DNA of 64,000 nt from positions 67,146,001 to 67,210,000 of the forward strand of contig CM060733.1 of NCBI GenBank assembly GCA_030704615.1, given 5' to 3'. This stretch comes from Takakia lepidozioides (Eukaryota; Plantae; Bryophyta). How positions within the stretch are numbered: the first letter of the stretch is position 1; each line of letters begins with the position of its first letter. Of the stretch, positions 51,368 to 62,223 are shown piece after piece. The position numbers and the translations under genes are program-made. The notes under the pieces are model-generated. The model ran no database searches, was not told where the DNA came from, and worked only from the letters and a program-made list of their open reading frames with translations.

Positions 51368-52585
51368 GAAATGTGGCACCGCATTTCCATGCAGGAACGG
51401 AAATGTGGCAATTGCAAAAACCTAGTTTGGAAATGCGGCACCGCATTTCCAAAACCTGGGCAAGAACAATTTTCGGTTTCATGGTTTGGACATCAGAAAC
51501 TGTTCAACGGAGATGCGGTGCCGCATTTCCGTTTTCGACACGACAGTTTTGCCGATTGCCAGCTCCTTCCATGGAGGTAAATGGAAATGCCACCTCGCAT
51601 GCGGAGGTCGAACACGTTATTTAAATGGCGGACATGGAGATGCGGTGCCGCATTTCCATTTTGGAGATGGACGTTTTTCCAACTGCAGACCCATCGACGG
51701 AAATGCGGCTCCGCATTCCATTGTCCAATAAGAAATTTCGATGACGTACATGGAAATGCGGCGCCGCATTTCCAGAACGGACATCGTTGTTTGTCCAATT
51801 CTAGACCCTTGGACGGAAATGCGGCACCGCATTACATTGTCCAATAAGAACTTTCGATTGCCAAACATGGAAATGCGGCGCCGCATTTCCCAAACAGACA
51901 TCGTTGTTTGTCCAATTCCAGACCCGTGTGGGCATTCCGTCTTGTTGGACGGAAATGGGGCACTGCATTCCATTGTCCAATACGAAATTTTGATGACGGA
52001 CATGGAAATGCGGTGCCGCATTTCCAGAACGGACATCATTGTTTGTCCAATTCCAGACCCTTGGACGGAAATGCGGCACCGCATTCCATTGTCCAATAAG
52101 AACTGTCGATTGCCAAACATGGAAATGCGGCGCCGCATTTCCAAGGCCCACATCGTTGTTTGTCCAATTCCAGACCCGTGTGGGTATTCCGTCTAGCTGG
52201 ACGGAAATGCGGCACCGCATTCCATTGTCCAATACAAAATTTTGATGACGGACATGGAACTGCGGTGCCGCATTTTCAGAACGGACATCGTTGTTTGTCC
52301 AATTCCAGACCCTTCGACGGAAATGCGGCACCGTATTCCATTGTGCTGGACGGAAATGCGGTGCCGCATTCCATTGTCCAGTACGAAATTTCGATGACGG
52401 ACATGGAAATGCGGTGCTGCATTTCCAGAATGGACATGGACAAGCATTGGCGATTGGACATGCTTGGACAATTCAAGGTCCAATATGGAAATGCGGTACA
52501 ACATTTCCGTTACGACCACAACGGAGGAAAGGGAGCTGCCAGAAATCGCTGCATGGAGAAAAATGAAATGCGGTGCCGAATTTCC
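51368..52585. repeat. Array of roughly 20-25 GGAAATGCGGYRCCGCATTTCC palindromes on short repeated linkers
   Basis: Directly visible; the linkers CCATTGTCCAAT and GGACATCGTTGTTTGTCCAATTCCAGACCC recur. Confidence 0.93.
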
Positions 52586-52861
52586 GAGCTTCAGCATGTA
52601 CATGTTTCCTTTTACTCATACATGGATTTCCTTCACCTCAGGACTCTGATATCGCTGACTCTGGTGTATTCATGTGGACAGACACATTGTAGAAATGAGA
52701 CCACAAATTGTAAACAGTGGGCCAATTACGGCAGTTCTTGAACACAATGAAACACAAGCACACAAAAGTGAGGTACGATGGGTTGTTTTATTGATCGAAC
52801 ACGGTGTCTCACATTTAGCAACTCCAGACAAATCTAAGCCCTTCCTCCTTCTACATGGGTG

Positions 52862-53470
52862 TCACCAAGTCGACGAAACTTCGATAGCCCTCAAAACAAG
52901 CTCATTACTGATGCGGCACCTCGAGGTAAACTGTAATGCGGTCGTTCTGGTGCCCTTGGTGGAGCTGACGACAATGTCATGCCCATCAATCATACCACCA
53001 TCATACATTGACAAGGTCACTATGGGCCTCATGTGCCCGTGCGATTCGTCTTCGCAACTAAGCCGAATGTCTCCATACACTGGAAGAGCGGAGTGAACTC
53101 CACGAATATAGTTTTCCCCGGTGCCGTCCTCCCTGGTCCACTGGCAGCAGTTCCAGCGCCAAAGTGAGGCCGTGCGTGATCTGTCCGGCATCCCATTCCA
53201 GCTTGGTATATCAAGGTCAACAATTTTCAGGACCCACGGACCGCATTGACCCTCGCCCTCACCTCGCTCAAAGCGGTAATAGCCCTCCAAATACTCCATT
53301 GCGCGCAAAGACTCCCGCTTGATTCCAGAAGCGTCTGTGAAAACAGAGAGCCAGACAATGATGTCTCCTGATTCTGGTTTGAACATAGCATAATCGTGGC
53401 CATGATAAGGGCAGTCAGCAGGATTTCGGCGGCACGGCATCCTTGAAAAAAAATAGCGGAGTACGCTCAA
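52862..53470 (-). CDS. TE cargo gene A1, ~200-aa domain of unknown function
   Basis: Open 202 codons; conserved in copies at 16600-17213 and 7733-7910; paralogous to A2. True start uncertain. Confidence 0.65.
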   Translation of the reverse strand: MSVLRYFFSRMPCRRNPADCPYHGHDYAMFKPESGDIIVWLSVFTDASGIKRESLRAMEYLEGYYRFERGEGEGQCGPWVLKIVDLDIPSWNGMPDRSRTASLWRWNCCQWTREDGTGENYIRGVHSALPVYGDIRLSCEDESHGHMRPIVTLSMYDGGMIDGHDIVVSSTKGTRTTALQFTSRCRISNELVLRAIEVSSTW

Positions 53471-53823
53471 TGACAGCAGCTCCTGGATGGAGGAGGCAGC
53501 AGCGCGGTGGCTGGAAGAAGTTCAAGCAAACGCTGCAATTCCTCACAAACACTCCAGGGCACATTTAAATTTCCCCCCTACACGAACCTGCACGGATGAA
53601 GATTGGCTGCTCCATGAATGTAGCCGTTTATCAGTTTCCTTCCCTGCCATGCAAACTATGGCAGTAAGTGTCAGGTGGCCTATAGCCACTCGAGACGTCG
53701 AAGTCCATCCCCCCTTCAATGTAAATGCGGCGCCGAATTTCCATCCGGGGGATGGTCTTCGGTGGCAGATTTCAAACTATACCCCGTGGATGAGAAAGAG
53801 GTATCTGTTCATCCACCGCTGGC

Positions 53824-54560
53824 GTGTTGAACACGTTACACGATGATTGGTGGGTACGTGGGACCCAGATGCTCCATTATTGGAGCCCGCACTGCTCTTC
53901 CGCTTCTCATCATTTCGAAAATCTAAGGGCTTCGTTGTTGTCCGCAAGGTCATTGTCATCGGCATCAAAGACGTCCTCAGGTCCTCCTTTGCAAGGATGT
54001 CGTGCTTCCGGAAACCGGGACGACTGCCCTTATGGAGGCTTCGATTATGCAATGTATTCGGCCACATCGGGAGACATCGTTATCTGGTACACAGTTTACA
54101 CAGAAGAAACTGGTTCGAATGTGGAAACATTGTCCGCTTTTGAGTATATCCCAGGCCACCACGCCTTCGAGCGGGGTGACGATCTTGGTCTGAGGAGTCC
54201 GTGGCTCCTGCGCATCCTTGATTCCGATTTTCCCAGCTACGACAGGCACCCATGCAGAAGAATGCGCACTGCTATGCTGTTGCGGTGGAACTGCAGCCAG
54301 TGGACGTGGGTGGACTCCATCGGAGAGACGTATACTCCTGAAGGAGTGCGCTCCTCTTCTCCATTGTATGGGGACATTCGCATTGGTGTGGACGACGAAA
54401 ATGTGAAGCTTTCCATATTCGATGGTGGTATGATTGAAGGGCACGACATTGTGTGAACATCAACAGGGGCAGTACAACGGCTGCAATCCAGTTTACCTGG
54501 AGGAGCCCGATGACTCATGAGCTAGTTTTCAGAGCAGTCGAAGTCCCATTGACAACGTGA
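53824..54560 (+). pseudogene. TE cargo gene A2, paralog of A1 (frameshifted; may begin with ORF 53487)
   Basis: CPYGGFDYAM...SGDIVIW...FERG...PWLLRILD...RTAMLLRWNCSQW...YGDIR...DGGMIEGHDIV aligns with A1. Confidence 0.7.
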
Positions 54561-55134
54561 CTTGTATTTAGAAGGCACAGGGCTAAAGATTTGTTTGCAC
54601 AATCATGCAATTCATGTGGATCGATAAAAACCCCATTGTGCCCTCTTTTTGTTCTATTCTGTATCCATCGTTCCCAGAATGCATCATTCCTCATTTTGTT
54701 TGGGATTGGGAGTGTGGGTGGATTTTGCAAGTGGCTAGTAGGCTGAAATGGGCCCTCATTCTACAGAGCAGTACCACCCTACCATTCGCGAAACATTGCC
54801 TTTCAATTGGTAATTCTAAAAAACATTGCCGAACCTCCATCATCGGGAGGTCCTTCTCCCCCTATGACCGTGACACCCTCAACCCTATTCCCACGGACAC
54901 TCATTTCTGGAAAATAGTCCTGCTCATGTTTTTCTCGACACTTACGACTCTGCTCATGGCTCATGCCGCTCATGGCTCATGGCTCATGAAATAGCAGCCC
55001 CCCTTTAAAACCCGACGGATTTCATTCGTAGCTAGGTTAGACAGTAGGTTTTAGGGTAGGGGTTAGGGTTTCACACCTTAATTAACCATAATTAGGGGTA
55101 ATTAATATCAGTCCAGGGCCATCAAAAGCTGTAC

Positions 55135-55570
55135 ACTTCATCCGGCTCAGATGAAAAAAATCATTGAGTTCATCCGTTGGAAAAAGTCCATCAGTAGGAT
55201 GAAAAAACAGGAAATAACAGCCAAGGCATCGGTTTTACATCGTTATAGGTAATTCATCATCCCAAAAATGCCTCATCCGGTACGGATGAAAAAGCAATAA
55301 AAGCGGAATGAAAAAATTAATATCCTGGCATTTTTCATCCGGTATGGATGGAAAAATAGGATGCCAGTGGCAACCCCCACAGAGGTAATTCCTCATTCTC
55401 TGGTGACTCATCCGGTATGGATGAAAGTCAATAAAAGAGGAATGAAAAATCCGAGACTCAGCTTAGAGGTAATTCAGTGTCCACCCTGGTAGTTCATCCG
55501 GTATGGATGAAAAATTGTTATTGGGCGGGTGAAAAAACTGCCAGAGTCCATCCGGTATGGATGAAAAAAT
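55135..55570. repeat. About 8 dispersed imperfect palindromes TTCATCCGGTATGGATGAA
   Basis: Copies at ~55137, 55273, 55334, 55407, 55493 and 55547, among others. Confidence 0.85.
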
Positions 55571-55854
55571 AGGAAATTAACACTGATAAAACCGGCCAAT
55601 TCCAAGGAGGGAGGGAGATAGAGGGAGAGAGGGGGCACCCACCAACCAACCCCTGGTATGGCAGTCCCTTATGGAGTGAGTTTGGTATGCACTCACCTCG
55701 TAAGGGAGTGCATACCAGACCCCTTCATAAGGTTTCTCCCTCTGCAAAAAATAGTTCCCAACCCCGGGACAAAATTGCCAAAGGGGTTGGAAAAGCCTAC
55801 TTCCTCCCCTCAAACACATTTCAGGCACTTGAACAAAAGAGGACAGGTATAAGG

Positions 55855-56990
55855 TCATGAGGAATCCATTGTACCTCTTAGCTTGGTAATTAGCTCGTGT
55901 AGCGGGAAGTGGAGACCAGGAAAAGAGCCATGTTCCAGGAACTTTATCAGGATTCGAACTAGCTTCTTGGTCTTGAAGCCATTCCTCCCAAGGGTTTGGA
56001 TAAGAACACAACATTCACTCCAGGCAAAGTCAGTGCTGCTGGAAATATACAGAATAGGGAAAGCTTGGGAGACCACCACATTGTAAGACTGAATGTGATT
56101 CATACCTAAGCTGAACACTGCTTTCAATCTGTCATGTCTGATGATGTTTAGATCCATGGTACGTACGTGCTGTTTGGGAACAGAGCCAGGTAGATGGAAC
56201 TCTGTTTTAGTAGACTCATCACCAAATGCACGAAACATGTTTGTGCTGTCACAGACGCATTCTCGTGACATAATCAGATCTTGCATGAATTTGAAATCAC
56301 GGAAAACAACAGAAGGCTGGTAGAATTCAGTACTGCATTGTTTATGATAGGTCCATCCAAAGACAATCTCATCAACAAGGAGAGCAAGGTCATGTTGGCC
56401 ATGAGCCACCAAAACTCTCTTAATCATGTTTTTAGGGCTTATCCATTCCATACCTCGGTTGGGGTATAACATATGTATGAATCCCAAGGGGTAGGCTTCG
56501 CCGCATGAGTGATGAATTTCTTGCCATGGGCGTGGGTTTCAATCAGTCTGCAACCGTCCTCCAGTATGTTTAGAGTCGGAGAATCCTCCAGAACTTCAGA
56601 ATCCAGCCCTTGCATAGTGGCAAATGAAGTCACTTGGGGTGACTTATGGCAACCAGTATTGCTGGAATTGGTGGAGGTCAGGGACTGATACACCAAGAAA
56701 GCTTGATCTTCATCCTTCCCAAACAAGAAGTTATATGTTGGACCACTGCCAGTCCATAAGAATCCTTGTTAGTAGCTCAACTTGGCAATGGAATGACCAG
56801 AAAAAAAGACGGTAGATAGTGTGTACAAACACCACTAAGTACACTGGAAAAGGAAGAGTGGGAAGATATTCATGTCATGTCAAGACATGGACAAGACCCA
56901 CTAGGGTCATTGTCAATTAAAGACATAAACATCCCATGACAGGGCACCATCTAACGCTTCCAATCTTGTCATAGCACACCAAGTGACAAC
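55855..56990 (-). mobile_element. Internally deleted Penelope-like retroelement relic
   Basis: ECVC...HVRTMDLNIIRHDRLKAVFSLGMNHI resembles the pre-RT motif of Penelope-like elements and is joined directly to a thumb-like LIQTLGRNGFKTKKLVRILIKF; RT core absent. Confidence 0.5.
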
Positions 56991-57049
56991 ACCAAATCAA
57001 TCATGATAATACAGGGTGGGAGGGCGGGGTTTATTCATGTTTAGATTCC

Positions 57050-57553
57050 TGACATGTACCCAAGTAACCCTCTTGCACAATAGAGGTTAAATTGCAGCCT
57101 TAGATTATATCATCCGTAATTATCCCAAGATATGCATCATGCAAGATATCATGGGCATGTAAGAACATCTTGCCACATTACAGATCCAAGATATGTATAC
57201 ACAAGCATCTTGATGGACCAACCTGTAGCTTATCAGATTCCAAGCATGCAACCAATTAATCCTCTTGGGCATGACAAAACATAATGCAGCCTCACTCTTT
57301 ACCATTTCTAAGTAACCCAAGACATGAACAGCCTGCCATACTACAGATTCAAGACATGTATACACAAGCATCTTGATGGACCAGCCTGCAGTTTATTAGA
57401 TTCCAAACATGCAACCAAGTAACCCTCTTGGGCATGACAAGACAGACTGCAACTTCATTCTATACCATGTATAATTGCCCCAAGACATGCATCATGTAAG
57501 GCATCTTGGCATGGAAGAAAGGCCTGCCATATTACAGATTCAAGATATGGACA
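57050..57553 (+). repeat. ~192-bp tandem repeat family C
   Basis: Matches 63010-63735 with an internal deletion; cut by the LTR at 57554. Confidence 0.85.
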
Positions 57554-57993
57554 TGTCAAGTTAAATAAGCACAGTGTGAAAACAGCTAGAATAAAACTAG
57601 TTATTTGTATTTAACACTTGGATTTAGGTCAAGTGTTAAATCAGGTGTCAAGTTTAGTTTGACACCTGGTCCGTCTTATCTTCACGAGAGCGGCAGTCGC
57701 GCGGCTCATCTTTCTCGAGTTGAGCCTGCGCGACCGAGCTCCTGCATGCGTTTAGATCTGAGTGTACTCATGATGGGAGTGTAGGTTGTTGTGGGGTGGA
57801 GTCCCCATAGCTTGGGGTGCCCCTGGCTCGACTTCTATTATAAAGAGTGATAGCGATGGATTTCATATGTTTTGTGTCAACAGTGTCTCTATGCTTGTTT
57901 ATCACTATTGTGGCAGACTACTTTATTGTGCATATATGTGTGGTGTGGTTTGGACAGCGATGTAGTTGTGTAGCGATATGTATGCGCACGACA
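57554..57993 (-). mobile_element. 3' LTR (440 bp) of an LTR retrotransposon
   Basis: Minus strand reads TGTC...GACA and is immediately preceded by the purine tract GAGAGGG (57994-58000); begins exactly where repeat C homology breaks. Confidence 0.75.
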
Positions 57994-58021
57994 CCCTCTC
58001 AAAAAGCCGTGTTTTCACGGT

Positions 58022-60060
58022 TTACTGTTTGGGATTTGTAACCCTTTGTGAGCGAGCACCCTTCTGACGGTTAGAGTCTTGTGAAGGACTCTGTGTGCGA
58101 GCCCGTGTCCTGTCACTGGTTGAGGGAGATGATTGAAAACTACCTGGATATGTCAGTCCCTCTGGAGGCTGATATCGAGGTAATCTTTCAGGCATAGGAG
58201 ACCCCCGTCGCTTCTCCTCAGCCATCTGAATTGCATAGTCATCTGCCATGTCAAAAGAGTCCGCTGAAGAAACAGTTGTATCAGAATCCTCGTCCCCCCT
58301 GAGGTGTTTTAACTGTCGAACTTTAACTGGAATTCTCTGGGGCATTCAATGTTGTTCCACCATGTCTGGAAGTTTAAACTGTCAAACTTGTTGTAAGCGC
58401 TGAATTGCAAAATTGGTGAAGACCCTGAGCTCCTTGTCTGTCCAGGTGAGTGGTGTACCAATGACTTGTGAATTGTGCAAATATTTCCATGCCTCATGTC
58501 CCTTAAAGAAAATATCGTCAGGCCCGAATTTCTGTGTTGACAAATTGTTCCAGGCCGCATGAAACCATGAACGAATCTGAGAATCCTTTTGCATCATAAC
58601 TTTTGCCTCATATAGGTACATATGAGGTGGCACTGAAGGTAAGACCCAAGGATCCCCACTGGAATAACTCAGAAAGCGCGTTTGCATCTTCTGTTGCTCA
58701 ATGTGATAACGTACCAGAAAACAAGCAGCGTAGTATAACCCGCAGCCCATGACAATACTTGCTACCTCTTTGGTCTTGGTATAAATGAATCCATGTACAA
58801 CTTGGAAGGCAATTAATTCCTTCAACATGGTACTTGCCTCATGCCAGTACTGCGCAAAGTGATGATCCTCAATTGGTCGATTATTCGGAAGAACTTTAGT
58901 TGGCCACTGGCAGCCAAATGCGCATGATTTGATAGTAATGTGCCAATGACTGCGGAGGACTAAATTCCTTCCAAGCCAAATCCAACACAATGGGAATTTG
59001 GTTGAAGGGCATAATCATAGCCCCACTGTAATCCCGTGCAGCTGGAGTTTTAGGTGGGTTAAAAACAGCATTTCCCCATACCTCAGGCTGTGGTGGCCGT
59101 GGTGTGGCTGTAGTAACAACAGGGTCAGCTACTGGCACAGTGACTTGTTGTGGTGTTGGTGACAGTGGCTCTTGTACCATTGGCATCTCCTGCACCCCCT
59201 GCGAAGAAGACTGAAAAGCCAAAGTTCTCGCATTGTAATAAGAAGCCATCAGTTGTTCCTCTCAGGTACACAGACTCTCTTGTCGATATTTGAAGTGAGG
59301 TCCTCCACTTGAGTCTGCATGCCGTCTACATCCTCCTGTAACTCTGCTATTCTACTATAGACATTGTCTATAGTAATGTCTATAGTAGTTGTGGCAATGT
59401 TCTGCACTTGCAGTCTGAGCTCATTCATCTCACTTTGGGTGAGCTTTCGTGGTGCTTTGCCCTCCACCGGCCCTTGTGCTAACCAAACCTGCATAAGGTG
59501 GTTATCCACCAAGTTGCTGGTGGCACCCCTGAGAGCTGCTCCTCTGTGAGCCTGTACACATCTATCTGCTGCTGTAAAGCCTCCATGCGCTTTGCATGAG
59601 GTTCAACCAAACTCGCATAGGCAGCAGCCAGATTATTGGCTTCCTTCCAAGACTTGTTAGCCACAGAGAATTCATTTCTATTTACCATGAGCGTTTGTTG
59701 CAACTCCAGGATGTACCTCTCTTGGTCAGCTTCAACCTGCCTGTATTGCTTGAAAGTATTCTCATTGCGACAGATTGTATTCTTCATATCGACAATGAGT
59801 TTCACTTGCTCAACATTCTCTGCCTCTGCCTTCGTACATCTTTCCACTTGACTGTTTATTTCTATTGTAGCTTGGTCAAGCATAGTTGTGAGTGTAGCAC
59901 ATTGTATGGCCATCCTGTCATGCACTGTCTGCAACTCCGTATGTAGTTCATTCACTTCTTGCAACTTGCTTTCATGCTTCATCTGCATTTGGTATAGCTG
60001 TTGCTTATGTGCTTCGTGCAACTGGTCTTGCGCGAGGCCTGCCTCAATCAATTGTTCCTT
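58022..60060 (-). pseudogene. Extra 3' ORF of the LTR element (coiled coil, Pro-rich linker, aromatic-rich globular domain), frameshifted
   Basis: Consecutive minus-strand ORFs 59479-60072, 59249-59512, 58896-59249, 58382-58990 and 58022-58345, ending just before the PPT. Confidence 0.6.
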
Positions 60061-62216
60061 GTGTCTGTCCACATGAATATACTAGAGTCAGCGATACCAG
60101 AGTCCTGAGGTGAAGGAAATCCATGTATGAGTAAAATGAAACATGTACATGCTTAAGCTCGGAAATTCGGCACCGCATTTCATTTTTCTCCATGCAGCGA
60201 TTTCTTGCAGCTCCCTTTCCTCCGTTGTGGTCGTAACGGAAATGTTGTACCGCATTTCATTTCTTGACATGGCATTACCATACTTCGAATTGGAAATGCG
60301 GAACCGCATTTCCATATTGGACCTTGAATTGTCCAAGCATGTCCAATCGCCAATGCTTGTCCATGTCCGTTCTAGAAATGCGGCACCGCATTTCCATGTC
60401 CGTCATCAAATTTTCTTATTGGACAATGGAATGCGGTGCCGCATTTCCGTCGAAGGGTCTGGAATTGGACAATCAACGATGTCCGTTCTGGAAATGCGGC
60501 ACCGCATTTCCATGTCCGTCATCAAAATTTTGTATTGGACAATGGAATGCGGTGCCGCATTTTCGTCCAGCAAGACGGAATGCCCCCATGCATTTCCGTC
60601 CAAGGGTCTGGGATTGGACAAACAACGATGTCTGTTTTGGAAATGCGGCGCCGCAATTCCATGTTTGGCAATCGAAGTTCTTATTGGACAATGGAATGCG
60701 GTGCCGCATTTCCGTCCAAGGGTCTGGAATTCGACAAACCACGATGTCCGTTCTGGAAATGCGGCGATGCATTTCCATGTACGTCATCAAAATTTCTTAT
60801 TGGACAATGGAATGCAAAGCCGCATTCCCGTCCAGAATCATGGAATGCGGAGCCGCAGTTCCGTCGATGGGTCTGGAGTTGGAAAAACGTCCATCTCCAA
60901 AATGGAAATGCGGCACCGCATTTCCATGTCCGCCATTTAAATAACGTGTTTGACCTCCGCATGCGGGGTGGCATTTTCATTTACCTCCATGGAAGGAGCC
61001 GGCAATCGGCAAAACTGCCATGTCAAAAACGAAAATGCGGCACCGCATTTCCGTTCGGCCGAACAGTTTTCTGATGTCCAAACCATGAAACGGAAAATTG
61101 TTCTTGCCCGTTTTGGAAATGCGGTGCCGCATTTCCAAACGAGGTTTTTGCAGTTGCCACATTTCGGTTCCGACATGGAAATGCGGTGCCGCATTTCCGA
61201 TTTTGGGAGGGACGTGGTTTGAACGATGGTGTCGTTGAGAAGCACATGGGAGAGGGGACATGAAGGACGGGGAGAATTTCCTTTATATACTCTGGAAGAG
61301 AATTTAAATGTACGGAGAGTTCATTAAAATTCTATTAATCTTGAAAATCATCACTATCGTCGTCCTGTCTTTGACTGTCCTGCTCCGCCACCACCCCGTC
61401 ATCTCTAGCGGACTGCTCGTTGGCCAGGCTTTCAAAAATCTCATCTTCCCCTTGCGGAACCGACCATCTCACCTCCGTTGGGTCGTCGTCCTCCCTATCT
61501 GCATCGCTCTCATCCGCTGAATCACATATGAACTTTCGCACCCGTCTACCTGTCTCAGCTGCTGCCAACTCTTTCCTTATCCTTGTGTCCTCCCTAGCCC
61601 TCTCCAAAATCTGCTCTACTTTACTGGCATTCTCACATCGTCTAATCGCTGTATTTGCGAGTTTAGCTGCATAACTTGGAAGGGAGTAGTCCTTCGCTGG
61701 GCTCGTCATGAAGTCGACCCTCGCAAAGAACGGGACATTCTTCCTGGCAGGAAGTGTAGGCCCTACATGTTTCGACCCGGATCCTGGAATCCTGCACATA
61801 ACAATCACCCACGAGACCAATGAGAACCACAGTCCGGAAATGAGTTTGACAAAAAATCACCCAGAAGGCTTTGCAAACTTATAATGTTTGCACTCATTCG
61901 TATTCCGGGTTCTCCTCGACATCAATGTCCACTGTCTCTTCCTCCGACTCCGACGAATCCGAGGAATCTTTGGCTTCAATGGGAGCCTTCACATTCCGTT
62001 GAAGCCCTTCTAGATGGGATCCCCAGACGGATGTGTCCTCCTCTTAGGCAAAGAGGTGCCGCCCAGCCCCCATTGAGGCACCTGTTACAATGCCATCCAC
62101 ACATTATAACATGGCCCTTCAGATGTTGCGAATTCAAGCATAACGAGAATTTGCAGAACAACATAGTACAAGATTCTGCATACCCGTCCCACAGATGAGG
62201 TCAAGCACTGTGCCCT
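60060..62216 (-). mobile_element. Inverted internal fragment of the MULE-like element (palindrome array 60161-61198 + 3' exons of the MTase gene)
   Basis: Reverse complement colinear with ~50325-52690; EGTVLDLICGTG at ~62180-62216. Confidence 0.9.
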
Positions 62217-62223
62217 CCAGTGT

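Larger units (their letters stand above)
24142..55002. mobile_element. Putative 30.9-kb composite MULE-like unit bounded by GAGG-type and GGGGG-type termini with 9-bp TSD CTTTAAAAC
   Basis: GAGGTTTACCATTTCATGAGC at 24142-24162 and GCTCATGAAATAGCAGCCCCC at 54982-55002; CTTTAAAAC at 24133-24141 and 55003-55011. Confidence 0.65.

Noticed and set aside
51368-52585. CRISPR-like appearance of palindromic repeats with spacers (also 17.5, 28 and 60-61 kb)
   Set aside because: The spacers are themselves repeated and irregular, there are no cas genes, and the context is a eukaryotic TE.
53190-53225. DLDIPSWN in cargo gene A1 resembling the MTase LDIPDG...SWN segment
   Set aside because: Too short, not conserved in paralog A2 (DSDFPSYD), and no SAM-binding motif nearby.
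55049-55072. TTTAGGG/TTAGGG telomere-like motifs
   Set aside because: Only two or three imperfect units; insufficient for an interstitial telomere call.
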